Positions 52,250-64,000 of a stretch of DNA of 64,000 nt are shown here, piece by piece. Made by a program: the position numbers and the translations under genes. The notes below the pieces were generated by a model that saw only the letters and a program-made list of their open reading frames with translations, did no database searches and was not told the origin of the DNA. How positions within the stretch are numbered: position 1 is the first letter of the stretch; the number at the start of each line of letters is the position of its first letter. This DNA comes from Antedon mediterranea. Taxonomy: Eukaryota; Animalia; Echinodermata. The stretch covers positions 30,194,001 to 30,258,000 of the forward strand of contig NC_092674.1 in NCBI RefSeq assembly GCF_964355755.1. Reading direction: 5' to 3'.

Positions 52250-52392
52250 AAGCTTGGTTTCCGTTTTGACGCAACGCAACGGACGTAACCGCGCCGTAAT
52301 TGTGGACGATCGATAATCACTTGTGATTGGTTAAATCACTTTTCGTGCCCATTTATCTCCCGATAAGTTTGCGTTCAAATGGGAACCAAGTT
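52250..52392. mobile_element. MITE family B copy
   Basis: AAGCTTGGTTTCC...GGGAACCAAG ends, GACGCAACGCAA motif. Confidence 0.65.
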
Positions 52393-52627
52393 TATACATA
52401 GTCCTATATCTTCGTTTAAGATTACGCTTCGATACTTATGTATTGCGAGTTCGAATTAGTAGATTTAAATCTTTCTGGTCAATAACTTTGACTGAAATCC
52501 CGGATTATCATCAGCCATTAAAAAAAAAAATGGAGGTTACAATTTGTAACGGTTCAAAATGAAAACGTACTACAAATATACTATTTTAATGATTATTGTA
52601 TACACAACAAGAATATTAATGTATCTA

Positions 52628-52712
52628 ATTGTGTACGTGTAATATACTAGGCCTATACAACACATCGTGATTGTGTACGTGTAATATACTAGGCCTATAC
52701 AACACATCGTGA
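52628..52712. repeat. 42-bp tandem duplication
   Basis: ATTGTGTACGTGTAATATACTAGGCCTATACAACACATCGTG twice. Confidence 0.9.
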
Positions 52713-55179
52713 TTTATCATAACATTTGATACGCCTAGTTCGTCTACGGTATATCTTTCGTAAATTAATAAAAACATATAATATTATGCTTTTTACCGTA
52801 CTTCACCAGCCTTTTCACATCACACATACATCTGTGTATTTAGGCCAAATAGGCTGCCATAAGTAAGAACGGTGGGTACAGTATGGTACTCCTAACCACA
52901 TCTGTTACGGGGCAACCGTCGTCGCTCGGTTTGTGGTTTTCAAGCGTTCCTCATAAAATAAATAAATGGGACCGTCTGACACGTATCTCATTTTTGTGGT
53001 TACGTAATTACTTTTCGAACTTCGAAACTTAAACAGGTACGGCTGTAGGAGTTCCACTTATCCAATTCAATGGGCCAATTTTAATTACGTAAAAGGGTAT
53101 CCATCCCCACCTTATATGGATATTCGTACGCGCGCGCGCAAACGTTTGTGACTCGTCACTTAATACGAATCGTTGTCCCAAACTTCTGTGACGTGTTGTA
53201 TGTCCCACGACTTACTGTATCTTATTAAATTTATTGGATTAATATCATTGATAAAATTCATAATCTATAATCCGGCGAAGGTCAATAAACTATACACCCT
53301 GCAGCTGCTTTATTACAAGAACCTGTCAGCCGTGGCTCCAGCATTCAACCTTAAAAAGTCCAACTGTGGTGACCCACCTGCTTAGAACCTGTGACGTCAT
53401 GGTGGTACGATTCAAATCATATTATTAGTAGGGTATATTATTACCTCTTGTATATTATATATTAGAAAATATATTTTTAAATATAAAAGATGCAAAGGAA
53501 TTATCAAAGCGAATAGCCAAGGTATAATTTGTGTATGTATGCCTATATGTAAAATATCATTTCGGGTATGTTTTATTTTCATTTATAAAATGGGTATAGG
53601 CCTATACGTTTTAATTAAAAGACGTGTACATTAATAAAGAGCTTTTCCTTTTTCATATTAAAGCTTAGTTCAAGAACGTAACGCAACGTACCGTAAGCGA
53701 TTTGACCAATTCGAACAGTGGATTGTCTTTGGTCAATTCGTTTGTGTTGCACGTACGTACGTCCTTTCGTCTCTAGTGGGAAGCACGCGGATAGACGGAA
53801 ACGCGCGTACAGAAAGTGATAAGCGTTTCGCACGCGTCAACTATCGTGTTTATTCGTTGTCACTCGACGAAATTAGGCACACGTTAATCAACATTGGCGT
53901 AGTGTACACACATCGCAGATGTACGAAACGTTTTAATTACGGTTAAATCAGTACTTGATTAGCCCCACACGGACTTCGCATCACGCGGTTGTCAGAAGCC
54001 GTTCATAAGTACTTCCGACATGGCGACAACTGCTTGCTTAGGGCTACACCGGTCAGTAATGAACTCTGACCTTGGCTGTTAGACAGCAGCCAAGGACGCG
54101 CGATCCATTCCAGCCACTTGATACTACATCAATAATTAGCTGATAGATAGTTTACTTCCTGACACCATGTTGTATCAATAAATAAATGTTAAATTTTAGC
54201 ATTTTATAAATTTAATAATATATAGGCATCTTCGGCTGTCCATATATAACACGCGCACGTGTCGCATATAGGGGCAATTGTACTATCATCATTTCTCGAC
54301 CATAACAAAAAATAACAACTGACCATACAAATATCATTTTTATTATTATATATACTGTACTAGACCTATATTATTTTACTTTTTAGGCTCAATCACGTAC
54401 ATCATACAATAATATTTGTGTGGCATTCCACACGTTCAGTTCAATGATTAGTATCGGGATTAGTATACATCATAGACAAATAACATTTAATGAACTAAAG
54501 TCAGACATTTAATGTTATCGTCAAATATGTTATTGATATAATTAATCATTTTTACTGTTTCTTTCAATATCACGCGAGTTGTATAATCCTCGCGTCGTGA
54601 TTGGCCTAACCTTATGTTGCAAATGTCGAAGCTTTTAATATGGAGTTTTATTTATTTCTTAATTACATGCAGTATTTCAAATCAAAAAAAATATTTACCT
54701 GAATATCATTTGTTATTCGACATTGCTAATCGAGCAATGTATTTGAAAATAATTTGTATAGGAGTTTGTTAAACACCATTTACGACGGGATCGGGTGTAT
54801 AAGGAGCGCACCACGACATTGACGTCACCGCCACAACAATCACCTTTCACTCTCGTCACCACAGATGCAGGCTGCAGTGGAGACGACATCGTCGCCAGCA
54901 TATATATAACCTTTGATGCAATTTCCGTAACTAATTAACCCAAACCAAGTAGATGAATTAATTACACTTATTGGATGCGTTTTATGTCCGCCGCTGTCTG
55001 CGGCAAAATCAATCGTTAGATATTCCAGAGGATTAAGTATTCTTCTTATCTTTGTTAAGAGAACTAAAATTCGCCCCATGTTCTTATTCATTACGTAATA
55101 ATATCAATCACTGTTCTCGGTACGGTATACAAATTCCGTTATACAGGATTTAACCCAACCTTCCTTGATAAATTCATCC

Positions 55180-55407
55180 CATGTGATACACATGAGATGC
55201 TATATTATGGAATTTTCCTATGACACACTCGACAAAAATATTGTAATATGTGGAGATACAATACTGAGATTGAATCGAGTAACTTTCTTGATATAGTCAC
55301 CACATGTGATACACATGTTATGCTGCATTATGACATTTTCCTATGATACACTCGACAAATATTGTAATGTAGAGATACTGTACAGTACTGAGATTGAATT
55401 GGGTAAA
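55180..55407. repeat. ~120-bp diverged tandem duplication
   Basis: CATGTGATACACATG...TACTGAGATTGAAT twice. Confidence 0.8.
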
Positions 55408-58400
55408 TACGTAAACTTGATTCAGACGACAGACCTAGACCTCTAGAACAGTGTGTAGAGCCGTGAGACAGGTGCTTTCTATAACGTGACGATTGACAAT
55501 TACAACCATCAAATTCAATTAATACGCGTCGACATACAAACGTTTCTAAGCTTCGGCTGCATGGAGGATAGATGGATATAAAAATGTAGTTTCGACCTTG
55601 GACAAATAGCCGGCAAACGAAAACGGTAAATACCCTAAACGACGGAAGTAGTAAAGAGAAAACGATAAAAGTGTGATTCAAGAAATTGTTATCGGAGGAA
55701 ATTGACGTACTATAACCAAAATAGGCTGCTTATTTTCCGTTAAAAAGTATAACGGACTCTATAACAATTTGAATTCTACAGTACAGAAGTAAGATTAAAT
55801 CATTTAACCTCCTTCCTCTTTTAACCTCCTTCCTCTTTTCTCAACGCGCGCAGAGAACGTACGTCAAACGAATAAAAAAACAATTCTTGAGACTGTGAAA
55901 AGTCTTTATCGGATGTTCCTTCTAAAGATGATGGAAGAGAGTCGTACTTAGCCCCATTAAAGTGTGAATACCAGTCATCCAGTATAAAAAGTAATTGCTT
56001 GGATAGATAGGCATTCGCAATGCAATGAAATTTTACAATACATTGTTTGTGTACCAGTAAATATAATATATAACTTCCATATGGCATTTTGAAAACATGT
56101 AAAACATTTTCTTAAACAAGACTTTTGGGCGTATTTGCATCAAACGCGCGCGTAACATATTGAAACAACCAACATCATCAATGAGTGTCATATTTTAACC
56201 ATTTTAAGAGCATTAACATGACCGATACGACGAAAATCAGCTACAGTAAACCTAAATGAGTGTTTCTCCACGTGAGGTTCCAAGCGTGCAGACACGATGC
56301 GTATAAACTGTGCGTCGGTACGGCGGTCGGAGAAAGTAGATACGGTACGGTACATGTTGGCGCGTCGTAAACCTCGGTTCGCACTGACCCGACAAAATGA
56401 CGTAAGCGCGCAACGTACGTGATTTGACCAATCACAAGCGATAGATTATTCGAACTGTCGCTCATCATTGGTCAATTCGCTTGGTTTCCGTCTACTAATA
56501 ATCTCTTTATTTTCAACATAACAAAAATAATTGACAATTTAAAAAATCGAACTAAATAGTTTATAATGATCGTCTCCCTGGATATTAAATTAAACTCAAC
56601 GATGATGACGATGATGTGGTTAACAGAAAAATGCACCTCATAACCTCACCAATGGTGCACGGTGAATATAATAAAATATAGAGGATTAAGGTCGGTATTT
56701 TGACGTAGAGAGTTACCGACGAAATGAATTATACTTGAATGTAAAGAAAGCAACAGACTAGTTGATTACAATTGGTATCACCAAGTTTGAGTGTTTGAAC
56801 TGCATTCACGAATTTTAAAATAACAATAATGAAGTCTACCATCGACCTTTGAATTCTATTGAGATAACTGTTGCAACAACAGTATAAGTAATTTGACTTG
56901 ATATCTTTGCTAAATTGAATTAACCAGTGGTGGTTAAGTTAACCAGTGGTGCTTAAGTGTAAATCAACTTACAAAGATCCCCATTCACACTTGTAGACCG
57001 TTTGTATTATTCAATTCTCACCAAATTGTACACCTATTGTATTGAACAATATACACTCACAAGGGCGGACGAAGCCAAAGTTTTTTTTTTCCGGGGTTGT
57101 GGACACATTTTTTTGTAAGATTTGATTTTCTGAGCAAATTTGTATCTTTGATGCAGTAAATGGTGATTTAAGAGGAAGGGAAAGGGGCGTGGGGGGTATA
57201 AACACAGACATTTTGAGTTAACTACATGTTCTGAAGTTTTAGACCAATTTTGTGGAATGTATTTTCTTTGATCAGATTATTGAAATGCGGAAGGGAAAAA
57301 CTTACTAACAGTTAATGTCAAATATGTATTTCTTTATACCCATTTAAAAATTAACAGCCCAGTGCAATAAATAATTAATGTATAAATAAGTTAAAATAGT
57401 ATACAGTAGTAACAAATACGGTAACTAACTACTAAAATCTCTTTAAATTAGGAGTAAAAATCAATAAAATAGAATTAATACCAGTGCCATAACAGTTTCG
57501 TAATCATATTTATACACTATAAAATAAAGTAAATCAAAAATATATTATTTCCATAATTGAGTAGAGAATACAATCTAAAAATGTAAGCTATAATTGATCT
57601 ATGATCCACTTTTAGAATAAGTACTTTTATACTGATAAAATCTACATTGCATTACAGTAATACATAGTTAAGTTAGTACGCTATTTGTTCCAAAAGAAAA
57701 GAAAGTACCATGAAATATGTACAAAAATATATACAAACCTTAATTGAGTATAGGCCGCCTCGAGGCGTTGATAAAGAATGTAATTTTTGTATGCCAGTAC
57801 CATCCCTATTCCTATTATTTCCATGAGGTTTTCTGGTCTCCATACCATTCAAACACAAGATAACCTATCTCCTTTTTAGAATCATTTTATTAATAACTCC
57901 ACGGTTTTCACAGTGGCGCGTCTCCGCCGTATAGTCCTCCTTGTGTGTAATATATCGGTCCAAAATGGTACATATAAAGCAGCTCACTTTAAGACGATTA
58001 CGATCCCTTTTCAGTCGTAGTATGACACAGCTGAGAGTAGAAAACAACAAAAATTCAAATTATTAACAGCAATTATTCCAAAACTAATTTACAAACTGAT
58101 GTTCTTCTTGCAGTTGTCGTAACACCGTTCGTACTCTAAGCCTCCTTTCATATAAGCACACGATTGAACTGTTAGTTAGTGTGGACTCAACGCAGCTTAT
58201 GGATAAATAAAAAAGTGCAGACGAAATTACTCAACCGTAACTGGTTCCGGAACAGGCAAACAGGAACTATTTAAGTTGATCAGTTAGGTCATCGGCTGTT
58301 CATGCCAATAATAATATGGACAGGATGTATTTCACAGCGCCGCCTATGGGCAGATATTCTAATTACAGCTGCTGCGTTAAAAAGGGGAATACTTTCTTTA

Positions 58401-58916
58401 GAAATGACGAGATTCGTGACGCGTTGTTGAAAACTTAAGAAAGAGAATGTTTTTGGTAAAAACCATGAGACGATTTAACATAACAGGTGGGCAATAATGC
58501 GTCAGGATTAAAACTGCTCTATAAAATTCAGTTCCTAACAAGTCAAATCGGAAGTTTAAAAAGCCGTTAAATTCCCCCAAGTAAAGTGTAGTGATGACGA
58601 TTGAAGGCCTAAAACTTAAGTTTAAAATCCGCCTAGAATCGCTTATAATAGGTGACATAAAGTACCAGGCGTGTTATTAGTATGTAGGTATGTAACACTC
58701 CATGGGGTATCAAGTTGATAGAACATGACAAACTGCATCTGACTTGAACTGACCTTTAATAAAAGGCGTTTTTTAATCCAAAAACTTTTTTTTAAAATTT
58801 GTTTTAAATGAAGCAATTTAAAGTCGAGTAAAAAAGATAGGGCCTGAAATGTATCCTACATCACACTATTATTAATAAATACTTGCACCTGTAACATCAC
58901 AACACTTATGCACTAA

Positions 58917-59250
58917 TGCTTGGTCCCACTAGGACGTAACGCAAGGGACGTAGACGCAATCGAGTTCACACATCATAAGCGATGGAGTATTCGAACTGTA
59001 GCTTGTCATTGGTCAATTCACTTGCGTTGGGCTTACGTCGTTGCGTAGTAGAGTAGCAGGAAGCTTAAAGCGTGGTTCCCATGCTAGCGACGCAACACAA
59101 GGACGTAACGCAACGCAAGTGAATTGAACAATCACAAGCGATGGCTTATTCGCTTGTGATTGCTAACTGTCTATAACTTCGCTTGTCATTGGTTAAAACG
59201 CTTGCGTTGAGTTTACGTCCTTGCGTTACGTTCTAGTGGGAACCAAGCTT
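58917..59250. mobile_element. Two adjacent MITE family B copies (58917-59066 degenerate; 59068-59250 intact)
   Basis: TIR AAGC(G/T)TGGTTCCCA..CTAG; TA on both flanks of 59068-59250. Confidence 0.85.
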
Positions 59251-59973
59251 TAGCGCGCAGTTCACACTTAATGCGGCGCACAAAGTAACATAATTATTAT
59301 CGCAATATATTTTGTTACCTACTGTTTAGGTCTAATGCTCCTAATTGTTTGCCCATTTAGAAATTTAGATTTCTTGCTTCATTCATGGATCAGTTATGAA
59401 ATATATATAACGCATTGATCAGAAATCCACCTCTGAGATCTGAGAGTATGGTCTAGGGAAGTGACTCATTACTCCTGTATCGTGATATAATGTAGGCCAA
59501 ACTTGAAACGAGGTTTACAGGGGCCTAGAGTCGTCATTTTATCTTATATGGTATACTGATATGGATCTTAAGATACGGTAATACTCCTGTTTACAATACA
59601 CATCATGTTTGTTTCCCATACAAACACTTGACCAAAGGCTTCCAGGGTACTATTTACCTTAGTTTATCAGCAGAGTTGAATTACACCGATAGCAGGCTAG
59701 CTCGACAAGCCCATGATTCAAACCGAGTCCAAGGTCGGGAAACCCCTCCAAATCAGCACTATTTCTGAGGTTAGTTTGATCATGAAGGTATTATACCTAC
59801 ATGGTTTGATGCCTAATGTTGTTTGGTACTGGTTCAGGGTTTGGAATGGAATGAGAGAAGATTTTCCATCATTGGAAATTAAAACACGCAAAGACGAAAT
59901 AGTAAAAAAAAACCAATATGCATAATTATAATATTGTGTCCCTTATTGATTCTATTCTTTAAAAATCTGTGAT

Positions 59974-60152
59974 TGGTTCCCACTCACTAGAAACGCTAGG
60001 CACGAACGTACTACTTGGTACGGTACGATAACGCAAAAACGTAGACACAACTCACACCAATCACAATCGACAGTTCGGATCCGCGTCGCGAATGGTCAAA
60101 CTACTTGCGACGCGCTTACACTCTGTATTTGCGTCCAGTGGGAACCGAGCTT
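59974..60152. mobile_element. MITE family B copy, degenerate
   Basis: TGGTTCCCACT...AGTGGGAACCGAGCT. Confidence 0.65.
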
Positions 60153-60208
60153 AATAGCTGAAGCTCTGCAGTGTGAATGCATATTGAATCACATCTAAAT
60201 AACCAGTG

Positions 60209-61045
60209 GCCGTATTCACCAATCACACTTAAGTGAGATAATTTCCCTTAAATCAAAAAAATATTAAGGGTTTCACTTAAGTGGTATTCAGAAATGTTTT
60301 AAGGTTAACTTGGTCTATTTTCCCCTTAACTATTCAGTACATTGGTTGTGCTAACGACTCTGTTTGTGCGAGTACTAATAATGCTTATTTGTAGATAGCC
60401 CCACAGTCTAGGCTAGGTAGAGATGCTAGGCCCCCTAGGCTTAGCACAGTGACCAGCCTAGGATTCATGTTTGGTTTAGAGTAGCTTCTAATCTATACCC
60501 TTCTCCCTGATCCTCGCCATACAAATTAGTCTAGGATAGGCCTATAATTATATTCATTTATTTGTTTTTGTTTTGACTGCCATTATTTTCGGAGAAGCTT
60601 CTCATTTCTTTGTAATAGAAATTACCCCCAGTCAAGTACTAGTTAGTATATTATAGTAGTAGGCTAGGCCTAGGTAGAGATGCTTTCGCCCTGTTGGTCT
60701 GCCCAGTAACCAGCCTAGCTAGGATGCATATTATTATGCCTCAATACAGACAGGTTTAGGCCTACACAGAATTTGGTTTGTTAGTAGCATCTTATCTAGG
60801 CTAGACCTAATATCTTCATACAAATTAGTCTAGGCCTAGGCCTAATATATATTCATTTACCGTACTTGTTCTTGTTTTTGTTTTGACTGCCATTTTCTTT
60901 TTTTTATCATTATCACACACTTTTCTTCATCCTCCCCCGTCCCCGTCCCCAATCCCCTTATTCTGATTGGGACAATGGGATAACTCATGAATATTTATGA
61001 TTATTTTTACCTTTAAGTTAAGCGTTTTACTTAGGTAAGTGAATC
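60209..61045. mobile_element. Degenerate DNA-transposon-like element with an internal ~200-bp duplication
   Basis: GGCCGTATTCAC start, eroded GTGAATCC end; 60408-60585 resembles 60660-60895. Confidence 0.35.
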
Positions 61046-61849
61046 CATTTTTTATTTAGCATGCTACTAATAGAATGATATTATATAAAATTGTTTCCCA
61101 CTAGGAACGCTACACAAGCACGTAAACGCAACGCAAGTAATTTGACCCGAAACTGTCGCTTGTGATTGATTAAGCTTGGTTCTCACTAGGACGCAACTCA
61201 AGACGTGAGTCGCAACGCAAGTAAATTGACCAATCAAAAGCGATGGATTAATAAGTGTTATTAGTTGTAGAGGGCGCTACCCAAATCTAACCGGAGTACC
61301 TAGCGTACTCTATCCTTCTACTATGGTAACAAAAGGTGAATTGTTCTGCTTTTACTCTTTTTGATCCATGGGCCATTAGGCGTGTTACCACAGTGTATTA
61401 CGCGTCAGCAATGACGAAGACATTAGTATCACGTCAAGCCTACTTGAATATCTAGAACAGTAACTTTTTGCTCAACTATGAATGGTATGCGAACGCAAAA
61501 ATAGTTATGAAACGCTTCCATTTACAAAATTCACGACAGGGAACACCGTGACAAAATGTAATTTACAACGTCATTTCTGTCCCTTGGTTTTTTTTTTTCA
61601 TCTCATTGTATATTACCTGATGTTTGTCGTCGAAATAAATGACGTAATTGTTGCTATGTTACCAACGGAGATTGCTGCATCATTAAGATAACAACTTCAG
61701 TGTCTATTATTAAAGGAGCTGTGTGCTCAAATCTAACTATAGGGACGCTCGCATTGGGCGCGCAAATTATTTTTACCAAAACGACATATCATCCGAACTG
61801 TCATTGGTCAAATTGCGTACGTAATTACGTTGAATCTATCTTGGATCTA

Positions 61850-62030
61850 AAGCTTGGTTCCCACTTGGACGCAACGCAAGGACGTAAACGCAACGCAAGC
61901 GTTTTAACCAATGACAAGCGAAGTTATAGACAGTTAGCAATCTCAAGCGAATAAGCCATCGCTTGTGATTGGTCAATTCACTTGCGTTGCGTTACATCCT
62001 TGTGTTGCGTCGCTAGTGGGAACCACGCTT
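61850..62030. mobile_element. MITE family B intact copy (inverted relative to 59068-59250)
   Basis: Near-exact reverse complement of 59068-59250; TA flanks. Confidence 0.85.
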
Positions 62031-63122
62031 TACTACTTCTTACGCAAGAAAGACGAAAGCGCAAGGCAAGTCATTCATCAATAACAACGCGATAGAGACC
62101 ATCCTAACATGTCGCGTGTGAATTAGCCAATTCTCATATGCGCCATGTCGTTGCGTTGCGTCGTCCTCTTAGAGTGGTAACCAAGTTGAATTTCGTCACA
62201 CTGGAAGGTTATGATAGAGCCTAGTTGTCTCGTTGAACATTATAGGGCCTATATATGCCTACAGAGATACTGATTATTAGTCATTTTACAATGTGAATCT
62301 TCCTATCCGTGATATGTATGAATATTAAAGAGGTCCTTTCTATACAACATAAACATATTTTTTAGCTTATAGGACGATTTACACAGACAAGCGATAACGG
62401 TAAGCGGAAAACCGCGTAGCTTGTCTCCCACGTGATTAGTGACATCTGTATCTTTGCTTTGCTTCAATTCAATTCACGGCACGTCATGGAATAAAGATCG
62501 CTCTGGAATAACTTAAAACCGCAAATATACCAACATCATCGCCTCTACAGCGGTTTGATAGATCAATATTGCGGCTAGGCATCAGGTGAGATCGTGATGA
62601 CACGATCCTGCTCACGGGTGCACGCGGCGGGACCACTGTCTACGTGGGAGGTGATACAGGTAAACCGGCAGTAGCCCTAGCGGCGGCGGAGAGCTAGGCG
62701 TACATCGCTCACACGACACCTGCTTGAGTTTTGAAAAACGTGTCGCTTTTTATCAGTGAACATAAGAAATATCAATACGATTATTATCTCTACTAACATT
62801 AGAATCGTTGTGTTTTAATTAATGTCACTGTTATAAAGGAAGGGGGGCAGAGATAAGAGAAGCGCCCCTGGGAATTAACCAAGTGTCAATCACACTTTTA
62901 TATAAACATAATAACTGATGTCATTGACACCAACATTTAGGAAGTCGATTTGTAAACAAGTTACAGCGCCATTTATAACGGTGAAAATATATCCTGAATA
63001 TGGTTGTCGTATTTGCACATGCAGTAACGTTATCGCGTCCGATTTAAGCTTGGTTCCCACTAGGAATACATAGTCATTGGTTGTCGTATTTGCACATGCA
63101 GTAACGTTTTCGAGTCCGCTTC

Positions 63123-63542
63123 AAGCTTGGTTCCCACTCACTAGCGACGCAACGCAAGGACGTAACGCAACGTAAAGCGTGGTTCTCACTAGCGACGCAA
63201 CACAAGGACGTAACGCAACGCAAGTGAATTGACCAATCACAAGCTTAAAGCTTGGTTCCCACTAGAACGTAACGCAAGGACGTAAACGCAACGCAAGCGT
63301 TTTAACCAATGACAAGCGAAGTTATAGACAGTTAGCAATCACATGCGAATAAGCCATCGCTTGTGATTGGTCAATTCACTTGCGTTGCGTTACGTCCTTG
63401 TGTTGCGTCACTAGTGGGAACCACTCTTTAGTGATTTGACCAATCACAAGCGATGGATTATTCGAACAGTGTCTTGTCATTTGTCAACTCGCTTGCGTTG
63501 TACGTACGTCCTAGGGTTGCGTCTCTAGTGGAAACTACGCTT
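63123..63542. mobile_element. Nested stack of MITE family B copies
   Basis: Outer copy 63123-63172 + 63431-63542 interrupted by a half copy (63175-63245) and a full copy (63248-63428). Confidence 0.75.
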
Positions 63543-64000
63543 TACTTGTTCTAATATTGTTCATGACTTGTTCATTTCATTCATTTATTTATTTTACACA
63601 AAGCAAAATATGACACACCCGGAATCTCTTTCGACAGATAACCGCAGAATAAAATGTGGAAGCTTGGTTCTCACTAGGACGCAGCGCAAGGACGTAAGCG
63701 TAACGCAAGCAAGTTGACCAATCAAGACGCGATATATCCACTGTGATTGGTCAAATATTGAGTGACGTCGCGTTGCGTCATAGTTGAAGTTTGGTTGCAA
63801 TTGGCGTTGTTGTTCTAGCGATCGGTTACCATTCGTTGTGTTGTTGTCTATCTTTTTAGTTTAAACTCATTCAGAAGACGAGTTTGTATCCATTGTTGCA
63901 TTGTTCAACCCGATACAACATTCGGTGTGTGCAGAGTGGCAATAACATTATATTTCTTTTCTCGTTAATGTTAATATAAGCACAACTGAGGCCAGTAACA

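Overview
AT-rich eukaryotic (invertebrate animal, plausibly echinoderm; taxon is an inference) genomic DNA. One clear host gene: a Sprouty homologue on the minus strand (main coding exon 46768-47538, probable upstream exon and promoter near 50.66-51.0 kb). The most striking object is a very young 6.2-kb LTR retroelement (6566-12767; two 298-bp LTRs that look identical by eye, GTAG target duplication, tRNA-Ser-like PBS, PPT) nested in a Kolobok-like DNA transposon. It has no recognisable protease, RT, RNase H or integrase core. It does keep a long Gag-like ORF with an HhH-like N-terminus, an integrase tail fused to an intact H3K4me3-type PHD finger, and a zinc-finger/TatD-like ORF. Well-placed splice signals predict an in-frame Gag-PHD fusion and a subgenomic TatD mRNA. 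The rest is MITEs (two main families), TWA-target DNA transposons, a tRNA-derived SINE and many minisatellites. Comparisons between repeat copies show TA->TAGGCCTA/TACCGTA/TACTGTA insertions that look like transposon excision footprints. CpG content also rises sharply at about the Sprouty promoter. All calls are by eye; no database search was run.
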